Translations under genes and position numbers: made by a program
Shown: positions 36,891 to 50,289 of the stretch, in pieces
How positions within the stretch are numbered: position 1 is the stretch's first letter
Layout of the letters: every line of letters starts with the position of its first letter
Origin: Selaginella moellendorffii
Taxonomy: Eukaryota; Plantae; Lycopodiophyta
Direction: 5' to 3'
Length of the DNA stretch: 64,000 nucleotides
Assembly: GCF_000143415.4 (NCBI RefSeq)
Contig: NW_003314270.1
Span: 2,411,048 to 2,475,047 of the forward strand
The notes under the pieces: generated by a model
Database searches by the model: none
The model's input: the letters and a program-made list of their open reading frames with translations, nothing else
What the model was told of the DNA's origin: nothing

Positions 36891-39800
36891 GGGGGGGGCT
36901 ATGGGGGGTTCTAAATTATAGTAGGGATAATGGGTAGGTTGGGCATGGCCGACTAACTTGAGGCATAGTTTAGCTCCCGCTTGCGTGCCTGTCCTTGTTC
37001 TACGTCCGGCTTGGGTCTAAGCCCAAGTTCCATTCCATGCTAGCTGGTGGAGTACCTATATCCTCACGTTAGGCCACCAGTATGCCGAAATAGCGCTAGA
37101 CTCTGTTTGGCTCCGTTTTGCATGCTGGTCCTAGCATTGGGATGCTAGTTGCTCTAGGACTGTTCCAAGTCGCTCCGGGCTCCTGTCCCTTCGCTCCTTG
37201 GGCTGTATGCTCAGGAGTTGCTCCGTGGTTCGGTTCTGTCACTCCTTGGCTCCATGCTTGGGAGTTTGGCACCGTTCTTTCGTTCAGTGGCCCAAGGCCT
37301 TGAACCGAGGGTTCCACACCACGTTCCTTTGGACACGTGGCATGTGACACATGGCATTTGTCACATGGCACAAAGAGGGTTTAGGTTCCGCTTCGTGGTG
37401 TTATCCTATAGTAAATCACCATAGGATAGAGGGTAAAAACTACATGCACTACATTTGGTATCAGAGGATGAGTCTCAGCGAGTACTATCCAATAAGATTC
37501 TCGTTGCATATGCAGAGATGAAAATGATGATCCGAGTGGGTACACGTTTGGGTGCAAAGGGTTTGCAATTGGTTCCTTGGGTATGGATATTGTTACCTTG
37601 TTATACCTTATGATGTGAGCTTGTGCTTGGGCTCTTAGAATGGTTTGGAGATGTTCCGTTTGCACGAGTTTGAGCTTGGGCTCGTGAGTGAGGCACATTA
37701 GTAACTCGAGGTTACACTTTGAGTTGGCAAGATTAATGTTAACCTATCGGTAGTTCCATGAGTTGTTCCATGTACCATGGGTGAAAGTAAACCTCCCTGG
37801 GTTTGCAATGAGTGGTAAATAGGCTGGTCCATAGCTGTTTAGCACGGCATTAGTGGATCTTTCCTAGGCATGATTATGAGTGGATCAATCAAGACTGTAG
37901 GGATTAGTCTATTGATTCAGGTAATCATTGCCGTGCTCTCTCATAAACTTTTCTTGGATTGGATTGAAGGCAGTGTGAAAGCAAGCTTGAGGTTTAGTCA
38001 AAGATGAGGCCGAAAAAAGAGTCATCGAGAACAAAGGATCAAACACGTAAGTCATCTTCTTTTCTTGGAGGGATGATTTGCAACAAGGTGTTAACTCATT
38101 GCTCGTGTTCATATCATGCAAACAAGAGTCCCTACCTTGATGTATGTTGGAAATGATGGTTTTACAAATGGTGAGTTATGGGATGGATAGTGGTAAAACG
38201 CTATACCATTTTGTTTAGACTTACTATTGGAAGACTTGGGTTGCAATGTTCAATTCTTTTCCGGGGAACCTTGCTATTGCTCCTTGAGTAGCTTGGTGTT
38301 GGATTAGTGTTGAGTTTGGTTGGAGAGAGAGTGGCATGAGCTTGTTTGTGTTATGAACAAAAGTTAGTGGTGTCGGGTGTTGTAAATCTCTATCGGTGGG
38401 GTGTGGCATTTATGTTGCATTTTGTCGAATTGAGTTAACATTTGATACTCACATAAACCTTTGTAGTAGTGACATGGGCATTGCTCATAATGTTGCTTGA
38501 TTGATGATCAAGACATTGTGATATTCATATCATATCCATATGATAATGAGCAATGTGTTTACGAAGTTGCTTGGTTAAACGATGATCAACCCCAAAGTGG
38601 TTGATGGTGAAGCTAGTCTACTTGCACAAAGTAGCATTGTAGTAGCCTTAACTGGATTCTCGATGGTGGTCCATTATGCTAAACTTAAGTAGGTACCTTG
38701 TTTCCTAGAGTTCGCCTATGAAGGTGTTGGAAAAGGGTTATAGCATTCATTTGCTATAACTTGTCGGTTGATCTGTTAACACTTAGAGTAAATTGTTGGA
38801 TGGAGAATGTGTGTAGTTGAGGCATTGACATCACTAGCACTTGTGTTAGTAGAAGTGGCATTGTTATTTCGAGTAAAAAGGAATTTTCCCTAGACTTTGA
38901 TTTTTCATGTCATTTTTCTTGTTAGTGTTTTGGCTTCACATTGGATCTTGAAGGTGATTGAAGAAGAGTGTTAGTGCAATGTGGATATCCGAAGATGTAG
39001 TCTTCGTGATCAAGCCTTGGATGTTCATTTTGCGCTTTGCAGATGTCAGTGTTGGATATCGGTTAGATGGGCAAAGATGTTCGATGCTTAAGCATATTGA
39101 TGGATCATGAGAATTTGTGTTGAGGTGAACCTATGTGAAGTTGTTAGTAGGAGGAAGTTAGTTGAGTCTTGAAAGTTTGTATTCCTGGACTGAGAGTCAT
39201 TCTTTCTCTAGGATGGAAAATTTTCCACAAATTTTCTTAGGCTTTTCCAATGGTTGATCTATTGATCATTTTGCTCAAAAACCTTTCTATTTTCGTAAAG
39301 GGGTTAGAGTTGACTTCAGTTAGCTTAGACCTTAGTAGATAGTTTGTATGATGCAACCCAAAAGAGATGCTAACCTTTGAAGCTAAAGCAATTGAGTTGG
39401 ATAGAGTTTGGAGTTGGTGTAGAAAAGTGGTTGTGCACTTTTCTTAGAAAGGTGACCCTTGTGCCTTTCTTTTGTAGCGTTGTGCTTGGTGGCAGGTTGC
39501 ACTTTGCATTACATTAAACTCTATGAGAGTAGTGAGCTCTCACTGATCTTGACTTAGTTTTGGTGGCCCTATGCCTTGGCTGAAGATGGTGATGTCTAAC
39601 TTAGTTGTTTGAGGTTGAGATGTTGGTACCCATACTATAGTTATGTCTATGAGGAGGTTGTGTACCGATATGAGTCCATCTTATGGTCTTCACTTTAGTT
39701 TCGACTGAGTGTTGATTGCATAACTAGCCTCTTCAAGGCATGCTTAGAGCTATTGACTAAATGCATTAGTGAGCTTATTGCGGTTGAGTTGGATTCAAGT

Positions 39801-42800
39801 GGTCATTTAGTTTGTGCTTGTCTATGAACTTTTATCTCGTACCTGGGGTATTGTGTTCACGTTGGACAAGTATGTGACTCGATAACATGAGTTAGTGTTC
39901 GAGTCTTGTGAAGGCAAGTTGGAGGGTGATTGTTAGTTGCTTTGCGACTGGTGATTACTTGTAGACTTTGTCAAAAGACTGTTGATACTTGCTTTGCTCG
40001 ATGATGATTTAGCAGTGATGGACTTGCTTTACTGGATGATGTTGTGGAGGATAGTGTCGTTAGACTTACATAGTTTTTCCATATTGACATGTCGACTCTA
40101 CCTCTATCGATATCATTTGGTTATATCTAGTCCGTAGTGTTGGATTTCATTGAGTCTTGGACGTGGTGAATCACTCCTTGATGAAGTGTTATCTGTAACT
40201 GAGTTTTGTTGGAGGATTGGTCTCGGATACTGACTAAGGTATCTTTGACTTTGGTTAGCTTGGTTGCTAGAGAGTTTTGAGTGGTGATTCACTTGTGCTT
40301 TCTTCTAGCTTTGTTTTGGTGTTGATGGCATTGAAGTGATGCTTTGTCATTGACATTGTTGATATTGAGATCTGAGTGAAATGAGATATCCTTCCAAGGA
40401 TTGATATTGAGTTTCATTACTCTTGATGAAGATAGTGTCGATGATTTGGCTATAGCTTTGTATTGTTGGCATTCGTGCATTTGCTAGTTAGCAACTGTGT
40501 TGACGTTCAAACGAATTGAGTGGTAAGTTGAGTTAGTTGTGTTCTAGACGAGATTATTTAGTAGAGGGTTGAGCTTTAGCTTTTCCTTGAAAAGTGATTT
40601 AGTCGTGGACTATGTTAACTTTACAAGAGGAAGAGTTAGTGATCGATATTAGAATGTTGAGTCCTTACTGGATTTGAGTTCGAGATATAGCAAACATTAA
40701 TGATTCTTTTTGGGCTTGTTATGAAGTGAGTTATGTCTTACTATAGATGGATTCATGGAGGATCGTTTGATAATCACTTGTTGAGCATAGCTTTGTTATG
40801 CTTAGCTTTTGGATTGATGCAGATATGCTCTTCATTAGTTTTGGCATTATGAAGTTTGGCTTATGGATGTGTTGAGGAAGATATTGTGAATTGCATCACG
40901 ATTTCTTCTTTTGCATTGAAGTTAGCTTTTATGAGACTTGTGATCATTATTAGGCAAGACTTAGCTATAGGCTTTTTCGAGCTTTGGTTCCTTGAGTTTT
41001 ATGCTCATTATTCCATTTGTTAGAAGTTGTTGGGGAAGGCATTTTGGCTTGTTAGCTTCGATGTTGAAGTTAGCTTTTGCATGTAGCAATCATTGGTGAT
41101 GATTGACTATCATCTAGGATAATTGATTATCCTTGTCAAAAGGTTTTGCTTGATTATTGTTGGTATAGAATGATTTGCCATTCTTTGTGATGGTGGATTC
41201 CTTCTTCGACAATGATTCTGCATATCTCTTTTTGATGGGATGATTGATGATCTTTTATGGTGGTTTGTTGTTCTCTTTGATAGCTTATGGCTTTTCGCAA
41301 TACCATATGTTCTTTGTGGTTTGCTCTGGATTGGTCTCTTGGGTTTGAGATATCGGTCGAATGTTGCTGACACTTGCTAAAGCAACTTGAGTTCCTTGGT
41401 ATTGTTGACCGGGATCTATTCCAATTGACTTGTGCGATGGTTGGTATAATTAAGTGTTTGTTGGTCTTACCACATTCATTCTGTTTTGTTGATTGTTGCT
41501 CGAATTAGTCCTGATAGATTAGGATGTTATTTCCTTTGGGTGATACATTCGCGAGCATTGTGCTTGTTGGTTAAGGATACTTTGTGTTCTTTAAGTTACC
41601 TTTGGTACGTTGTTTAGCATACTGTCTACAATCTTCAGTAGTTAAGTTTTCTCATTGAGTTTACCTGATGATATACTTGTTATTGAATTTTGTTAGATGG
41701 TGAATCCTATGTTTTCCAATTCTGGTGATCTTGGTGGTTCTTATATTGTAATACTAGTTTATCGGATGATAACTTACTTGGAATACTTTTGTGTTCTCAT
41801 CTAAGATATATTCACTGATAATTAAGTCTCTAAGATATCATTGTCTATGACTTTGATATAGTCCATATATTGATCTTTGAGTTTGGGCTAGTATAGGCAG
41901 ATTGGCTTCGGCACTTCGTGTGCATGGTGAAATCTCTAGTCATGGGGTAGCTACTGTCGACTGGTCACATAACCCGCCTCTCTGTCGATGTTCCTTTTTT
42001 GTTGAAAGGGCGTGACCGTGTAAACAACTCTAACTGCCTATTTACAGTAGTTTATCTAAACCTTACCGACGGGTTTGGTTTCTTTGCTCATGAGGGTTTG
42101 GGCCTCTGGCTTCTCTCTTTATGTCCTTGCGGGCAGGGGCATATCACACTTTTGTAAGCTGGGTGACTCCCAGAGCAGCAAGGGTGGCTGAATCCATTGG
42201 TCATTTCCTTGTTAGCGACGGCCAGAAGGTGTCTGAGCTGGTAGCGCATCCGTGTTAGACAAAGAGGTTGCCCCCTAACTCATTTAAGTTGGTGCATTTC
42301 TCACATAGTGTGAGTACCGTGAACTTTTTCTGGAGTTTTTTCCTTGGCGGTATTCTAGACTCGAGTGTGCATCAACGAGGATGTTGATCTTCCCTAGGGG
42401 GGGAGAGTGTCGCACATGTGACTTCGGGTATCGAAAGTTACCTGTCGAACAGTCCTTACGAACACTCTTACCTTACTGCCACGATGGCAGGAGGTCGGTA
42501 TTGCTAGACCCTTTATCAGTCCCTCTTGTGCTAGTGGAGTTAACTAGGCATTTCGAGTGTACTTAGACCGGACGAGTATAAGGACGGAATTCCTACGTGT
42601 TATTAGCTGAGCATACTTAGCCCGGTAAGGAGTTCCCGTCTCATTTTGTCTTGCACTTGCTAGTGACAAGAACCCTCGTGTATTGAGATTGGTCTCTCAA
42701 TATCGCTGGATGATAGCTTACCGTGTCTGCCAAACACCCTCGCTATCATGCCCTTTGTGTTAGTCTCATTTCGGTCCCAAATGCTATTTATGGAAAGTGT

Positions 42801-43545
42801 CCAAATTTGCTCATTTGGCATATCTACGGAATGTAGAGATTGTTCTGAACACAATGGTGTTCGTTCCGTGTCCAAATTCGCAATCTATGAACATTCCATA
42901 TTTAGTAAGTTTCGAGCCTGTCCCAGAGACTAATTCCTGATACTAAGGGAGGCTTAGGGTGAAAGCCCAAAGCGTGTGTTCCTCAAGGGAGGGGGGGGGT
43001 TCCAAATATATAGTAGGGATAGTGGGTAGGTCGAGCATGGCCGACCAACCTAAGGTATAGTCTAGCTCCCGCTTGCGTGCCTGTCCTTGTTCTGCGTCCG
43101 GCTTGGGTCTAAGCCCAAGTTCCATTCCATGCTAGCTGATGGAGTACCCATATCCTCACGTTAGGCCACCGGTACGCCGAGATAGCACCAGACTCCGTTT
43201 GGCTCTGTTTTGCATGCTGGTCTTGGCATTAGGATGCTGGTTGCTCTAGGACTGATCCAGGTCACTTCGGGCTCCTGTCCCTTCGCTCTTTGGGCTGTAT
43301 GCTCGGGAGTTGCTCTGTGGTTCGGTTCCGTCACTCCTTGGCTCCATGCTTGGGAGTTTGGCACCGTTCTTTCGTTCAGTGGCCCAAGGCCCTAAACCAA
43401 AGGTTCCACACCACGTTCCTTTGGACACGTGGCATGTGACATGTGGCATTTGTCACGTGGCACAAAGAGGGTTTAGGTTTTGCTTCGTGGTGTTATCCTA
43501 TGGTAAATCACCATAGGATAGAGGGTAAAAACCACGTGCACTACA
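36891..43545 (+). mobile_element. Non-coding LARD-like LTR element D1 with 5'-truncated 5' LTR
   Basis: Partial 5' LTR 36891-37453. PBS TGGTATCAGAG at 37456. About 4.95-kb G/T-rich ORF-less interior. PPT AGGGGGGGAGAG. Full 3' LTR 42408-43545 (TGTCGC...CTACA). Confidence 0.88.
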
Positions 43546-43614
43546 TTAACTTTCCATATGTGGTGTTGGATGAAGACAACAGTCTTGAGTTTAAGTTAAA
43601 ATGGGTCTCGAATA

Positions 43615-43785
43615 TGTAAGCAACTAAAGTGAACAACTTGAAAGATAATCGACAAAGTTTAAATGTAAAAAAAAGGGCCCATGAATAAAAATGAACTTTT
43701 TTTACCAATTTGTTAAAAGTTTTGGGATACTTAGGGTTAAGCAGGTTAAGTGATTTCCTAGAAATTCTAAATTCAAGATCTTACA
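43615..43785 (+). mobile_element. Decayed solo LTR of TRIM family C
   Basis: TGTAAGCAACTAAAGTGAACAACTTGAAAG...GGGCCCATGAA...CTTACA aligns with 19229-19424. Flanks GAATA/AGATA are only an imperfect TSD. Confidence 0.7.
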
Positions 43786-44298
43786 AGATATTAATCAAAG
43801 GGAAAATGCAAAGGCAAGTTCTAGTTATAGTCATAAGTTTGAGTTAATGGTGGTCTTGAAGGATCATTAATAGGCAAACTTAGAAATGGGATGTATTATT
43901 TGTTGCAATGGCATTTTATAGACTGTAGTGGCTCTAATATAAAAGTATTATAAACTCAGCTAATAAATATTATGAAAACTTCCTTTTATTTTTAGAGTTT
44001 TATTTTTCTTTATATGTGAAAAAAGATTCTCTTATAGAGGCATATATTTGGCTATAAAAATATCTTATATCTTTTATATACCCTAAATTTAGATTAAGAT
44101 AGAGCTTGTTTAATATATTTATGAAAGGTTTGGTAGTTTTAATGCAACCTTAATTTTCCTCTAAGTTAATTACATGCTAAAACCCTTAATAATATTCTTG
44201 GATGAATTAAACTATGATGAAAATAACTCTTATATATAATCACAATATGATAAATATTTTTGTATTCATCCAATATTTTCTTAGCATTACAATTTATA

Positions 44299-44377
44299 AT
44301 ATATATATATATATATATGTGTATATATATATATGTGTATATATATATATATGTGTATATATATATATGTATATATA
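44299..44377. repeat. (TA)n microsatellite with TGTG interruptions
   Basis: Directly visible. Confidence 0.95.
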
Positions 44378-44442
44378 AAAGTTTTATATAATTTCATTTT
44401 CTTGTGTTAACAAGGACATGAGTATTGGGGCACCATACAGCA

Positions 44443-44762
44443 ATGCTTTCCAGGTTTTCCAGGTTTTTTTTGTAGAAATCTTTCTCCACTAGGTAGTTTT
44501 TCTTCACTACTGTCACTAGGTCATTTATCTCTGTTACTAGTTAGTTTATTTGTGGATCTGAGACATACCATGCTACCCATCTATCACCCTGTCCCCAAGG
44601 CAACTAAGATTTTAAAACCAGGGGAAGTTTGATGATGTTGTTAGGAACTTCATCTCAAGAGAATATTGGGGTTATGCTTAAGCAATGTCCAAGTTTATCT
44701 CTAGAGTAGCTTGGCATGAAAAGGAGGTAGCAACACTAGATAGGCATGAAAGTGCATGCTTT
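44443..44762 (+). pseudogene. Decayed partial duplicate of exon 1 of the neighbouring gene
   Basis: Aligns with about 45153-45452 (e.g. CTACCCATCTATC(A/G)CCCTGTCCCCAAGGCAAC), with stops, indels and loss of CpGs. Confidence 0.85.
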
Positions 44763-45152
44763 CAAGATGGTAATGGTAATGGCAAAAACATTTTAGACTC
44801 TAAAATATTACTGGCAGAGTTCATAAGGACCATTACTCTTTGCAATCAAGGGAAAAACATTCATATAGATATTTTATTTGTACAATCAATAAACAGTTTT
44901 AGAAACTTGAAAAATAAAACTAAACATTATTTCATAATGTCAATAGTATTAAACATTTTAAATAAATTCCATATTATGAAATTAACAAACGAAAACTCAA
45001 AATACTGTTCAAATTGAATTTCTATACTTGTATAAAATTATATAATTATATAAATTAATAATCATATAACATTATATAGAATTAATTATTTTTGTATTCA
45101 CTATTTTAAATTTTACCCAACTCTCAATTGGATATTTTCTTGTGTTTACAGG

Positions 45153-47067
45153 ATGCTTTCCAGAAATCTCTCGTCGCTAGGTAGTTTTTCTCCACTGCCG
45201 TCGCTGTGTCGTTTATCTCCGTTGCTGGGCAGTTTATCTGCGGCTCTGAAGCGTACCACGCTACCCATCTATCGCCCTGTCCCCAAGGCAACCGAGATCT
45301 TGAAACCAGGGGAAGGGTTTGATGATGTTGTCAGGAACTTCATCTCAAGGGATGTTGGTTATGCTCAGGCGGTGTCCAGGTTCGTCTCCAGAGCAGCTCG
45401 GCCGCATGAAGAGGAGGCAGCGGCGCTGGACGAGCACGAAAGCGCGTGCTTAGATGCCATTCTTTCGAGATGGCATCCCTCTGATCCGGACGAGACGCTG
45501 TTCCTGGTGCTGGCACTCTGCTACATCGCCCGCCTCTCCGATGCCCAGAGGAGCGCGTGTGCTGCGACGCTGGGTTGGGATGGCGCGCGAACGCAGATGG
45601 ACTGCATGGTTGATTTCGCTCGCCGCGTGCTGCTCTCGCGGACTGGACTTACAAGCCTTGCCTCGCTAGACGCATCGAAGCAAGATGGGGAGGTGACGGA
45701 GCACCTGGAGCGTTTGTGGAGCGAGTTTTGCAAGGACAGGAACATCGAAGGTTTGTATTGGGACCAAAGTTTTCTCGTTTCGTTACATCGTCTTACAGTG
45801 AGTTCCACTGAGGTGGCGCGCAACATTATTGATATGGATCTCTTGCCGGCAGAGCCTTACCGCAAGCCTTGCAATGGGGAATTCAGATGTAAGAAGTCTT
45901 TTTTCCTTGGTTTCTCTTGTCGACAACAGTTGCAGGGCGATGCAAAGGGGAGGCGGAGGAGAAGTGGAGCATCAAAATGTCCCCTTTGAGTACCACGTTT
46001 ACGGGGGAAGTGCCAAAGCTACTGGACTTGGTGTCCAAAGTTGTAATGTGCGACTTCTTCAGTTTTGTCCCAGTGGAAAATCTGGTGAGTAACTCAGCAC
46101 TTGAAATCCTTGAGCTCTCTTCGTGCTCTTTCCATACAGGGGTGGAACATGAGATCGGTTGTACGGGACCGAGCTCGACAAGACCAAGTAAAACTGGTTT
46201 ACTCGCAGCTTGCGGGACATCGAGTCCGGCTGCCTCACCCGTATGTTGAAGTGGACTCCGTAGAATCTGCACCTCTGCGGGTCAAGGAACTGGTACTGCT
46301 GCTCGAAGGGATCCACAACAACAAGCTCCTGCGATCGCTTGCTCTCGAGAGGCCACCGTTGTCTGTGTTGCCGCACTATCATGCCATCTCGACTTGCACG
46401 CAGCATGCTCGCATCTGGCTTGGACGCTACGACCTCCGAATCTATTACGACCACAACTTGACGTGTAAGCTACGAGTTATATGTTCTCTTTCTCAAGAGT
46501 TTTGTTGGACTAGATGGCCGGCTTGGGACACAGGATTCTAGCACGCAAGAGGAGGAGGAGGTAGTTACATGTTTGTGTGTGCAAACTTTTATTCTTTTCT
46601 TTCTTGCCAGGTTCTAGCAAATGGTTTCTGCAAGGAGCGGACTCCGTCCTTCATGGAGAAAGCTGTAAGGGACTGCACGGTGGAAGCCATGTGGTTCGTA
46701 ATATCTTCCATGATCTCCAATACATAGATTTAAATCTCTGTGATGCAGGTTGGTCCCCGACGAAAAGGGATGGCTAATGAACATGCGGCCAGTGGACTAC
46801 GATTTCGCGAAGCCACCGGACACAGTGATGTGGCGCGCTTATAGACAGTACGTTGGGCATCCCGTAGTGGTTCCGGAAGATCTTCAAATCCAGTTTTTAC
46901 TCCTTCCCACTATCGATTATGAATACACCCGGTTCCTTGGCCGGGAGACCAAGTCGAAGCACAGCAGAGATCATCTCTTTCCACCGGCGATCGAGGAATT
47001 CTCAACGGAGGACCTCATAAGAGACGACATTCCAGTACCACCAGTTGACATTCCAGTAAGCTCTTAA
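45153..47067 (+). CDS. Intact 6-exon protein-coding gene, about 554 aa, unknown function
   Basis: Exons 45153-45888, 45930-46084, 46140-46464, 46514-46560, 46611-46693 and 46749-47067 join in one frame across GT-AG introns of 41-55 nt. CpG-rich. The ATG follows an acceptor-like TTACAG, so an upstream exon is possible. Confidence 0.8.
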
Positions 47068-47143
47068 ATATAAACTAGAAAGTTGTGAAGGACAATGTCC
47101 CGTGTCGGTAGGATCTCTTAATATTTTCACTCCTCTTCCGCTC

Positions 47144-47257
47144 CGGCGGATTTCGCAGGAAAACTTTTTAGAGAGCGGCTCTTGGCGGATTTCACAGGAA
47201 AGCTTTCTAGACAGTGGCTCTAGTTGTATGCAGTCTCGGTTTCTAGACAGCGGCTCT
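47144..47257. repeat. Short degenerate tandem repeat (~36-bp unit, 2-3 copies) downstream of the gene
   Basis: GGCGGATTTCRCAGGAAA...TAGASAGYGGCTCT repeated. Confidence 0.6.
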
Positions 47258-48482
47258 GCAGTCTTGGTTTGAGAACACATCCAAACTTTTTGAGAATTAC
47301 TATGAGGAGGAAGTACTGTTCTGACGGGGTATGGGTAAGTGCGTGATGAGCTTTATTTCTTTCTTTTTCTTTGATGATTGAGTATCTTGTGACTTGCATG
47401 AAGGAAACAATGTTGACCATCTGCCCATCTACCTCGACGTTTCATATCCTATGACTTTGCCTTATGGACTGATTCACACAATTTGTCATTAGCCAGTTTG
47501 AGCAGAAGCTCTATATGCACAAAGCTAATGATGAACACTCATAGAGGATGTAGAGGCAAATCTAAATGTTTTGGATTCAGCAATTTTGCCTTATGGGAGC
47601 AGAAGATTTGTACGTGCAAAGCTATTGCAGTGTTATTACTTAATGAGTATTGAGGGATTAAACTCAATGTTGTAGGGGTTTTTAATACTAGCAAATAGTT
47701 TCTCATTAAGTATAATTGATTAAATGAAAATTTAGGATTTCCTTCTTTATTGCCCTTCCAATTTAAGTGCACATGTGATGACTAATTTTTCAACTAATTT
47801 AGGCAAAAATTGATAAAAGGTTTAGCAATACTAACTTTTTGTTGTCGTAGTAATAAAAGAAGAAGATGATGTGACCAATTAACAGTAATTACCCCATCAT
47901 ATATATAAAGTGCCAAAATTAGTCTACCTTTATTGGCCCAAACCCAGACAAATATTATTTAGAGACAATAAATTATTAGTGAATAAATCTTAGATTAAAA
48001 CACAAAAGTATTCTCATTAAGTTATCATCTAATAAACCAATATAGTATATAAACCACCAAGATCATTATAGGTTGAAGGTATAGGATCAACCATCCAACA
48101 AACTTCAAATAGCAAGGATACCATCAAGAAAACTTAATTAACTACCAAAGATTGTAGATATCATACCAAATAACTTAGGAAAGGCAACTTAAAGAACACA
48201 AAATATTATTAACTAGATAAGAAAAATACTCACAAATAAATCATCCAAAAGAGATAACATCTAAATCTATTAGAACTAACTTAAGAACCAATTGACAGAA
48301 TAAATGGTTGCAAGGGTGAAAAAATATTTAATCATGCTAATTATCACTCTAGCCAATTTAAATAGATCTTAGTCAAACATACTAAAGAACTAGAATTACG
48401 ATACTAGAATACTAGAGATCATATAAAATAATTTTATGTTAAAAAAGGAAAGAAAGTATTGCAACATACAGAAAATTATTTC

Positions 48483-48790
48483 TTATTTACAATTACTTTT
48501 ATAATCTAGAAATTCTAAAATAATTGAATCATTATGTTTATAACATCCTTCAAATGACCAATTATTCCAACCATGATCACCTTTTGTTTTATATTTTGCC
48601 GAGCCTGGAAAAACAACTAATTGATAAGGCTCTCCATCTATTTTAAAATCAACAATTTCTATTATTGGATTTGGATCTGTACTAATTTCAAATGATAAAG
48701 AAGATTTATATATAAAAACATTTACATCTCTACCATACTTATTATAATAAATATCTGAATCACAAGTCATGAGTTTTTCCCAAGAAGGAT
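48483..48790 (-). CDS. Second, 5'-truncated copy of the small 'GDxGWxNWSF' protein ORF
   Basis: 95-aa ORF co-linear with 28573-28860, with a shared 3' flank. Homology ends near 48790, where unrelated sequence begins. Confidence 0.55.
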
Positions 48791-50289
48791 TCCCTAAACC
48801 GGTGGAACTTCATTCTTGAAATTGCTTGTGAATGTTCCACTTTCTGACAGAGAAAAATAAATTGACTGGTCAAGCTGGGTAACATACTCATACATTTCCT
48901 TTTGAGAATAGCTATCAACCATAAGAGGGTCCACCAAAATCTAACATTGCAGAAACCAAAATCTACCATAGAATGGTGAGACTCCTTGCTAGATAGTAGA
49001 TATTGGGTTGAGGACATAATGAAAATGTAGAACAATCATTGTAGTATCTATGGTGCTCAATGGATTGAAACACATACATAGAGTTAGTAATAATCTTTAA
49101 CATATCATATTCATCATAAACTGAAGCATTATTCAAACTAAAAAGCATAAAAAAAAACTCATATAAACTGTATATTGTTTAATATGCAATTTTGAGGATG
49201 TTCTTATTGGCCAGTTACTGTTGGTTAGTATCCAAAACTTAATGAACTAATATTCAATAAGCACATGAGGAGATAATTAATTTAATATACTTCTTTACAA
49301 ACTACATTTGAATATTAAATTCTATCATTTAAGAAGTAATTCCCACTATGCTACCCTCACCATTGCATTGATTGTAAGCAGTTTTTGTTATATTGGGATG
49401 CAATTTAACTTTGGAAATACATATAAAATAGAGGGAGTCTCAATATCAAAGGATGAGATGATCATTTATGGGCAAATGGAATGTGCTTGGGAAATATTGG
49501 GCATAATAGAGAAAGAAAGTTGCTGTGAGTTAGGAGGCTAAGTATTGTTATAAAATCAAAGAGCTTGCGCAGTTATGGGGTGTAAACTATTTAATCTATA
49601 ATTCTCTCTTTTTAATACTTAGGTAGCACTTGCCATGGGTCTCTCTACAAACAAACCATCTAAAGAAGTTCTTGATCATGATCTAATGCATTTTCATTTT
49701 CATTTTGACTCATGCTAAATTATTATCTATTAGTGTTCTAAAGTTCCTACTCTAGGCTATCAACCATCCTCTTGCACTAGTTTGTTCATAATAACAATTT
49801 TATACATCATAAAATCTTTAATGTAGATAGAGTTAGGTAAAAAACAATAGTTGCACAATTAATTATAGTGTCAAATGGTGATATATTCACTAGACAAGGA
49901 AGATATAAAAGAAGTTGATACACCTATCCAAATCACTCTATAAAGTGTTATTACTTCTAATTCAAGATCACACAACTCGTTGAAGGTCATCCAGAATTTA
50001 CTTAATTAGTACTTGAATGAATGAATTTCTACTCATACAATATTTATGTTTCCTTGATGTTGTTATAGAATTTGGCAAAGTAACCTTTTAATAGTCTTAT
50101 TAATAGTCTTATTGTTGAGGTGTAAAGGTTGTAGATAGTATCCTCTCATATGTTAGTGCACAGAACAATAATAACTATATAGTGGAATTAGTGCTAGGTT
50201 TCATTGTGTTAATTTACACCAACATAGAGGAATAAAAAATAGTGTGTTAGAATTCAAGCACTTAGAAAAATCTGTTATATCTTATTGTC

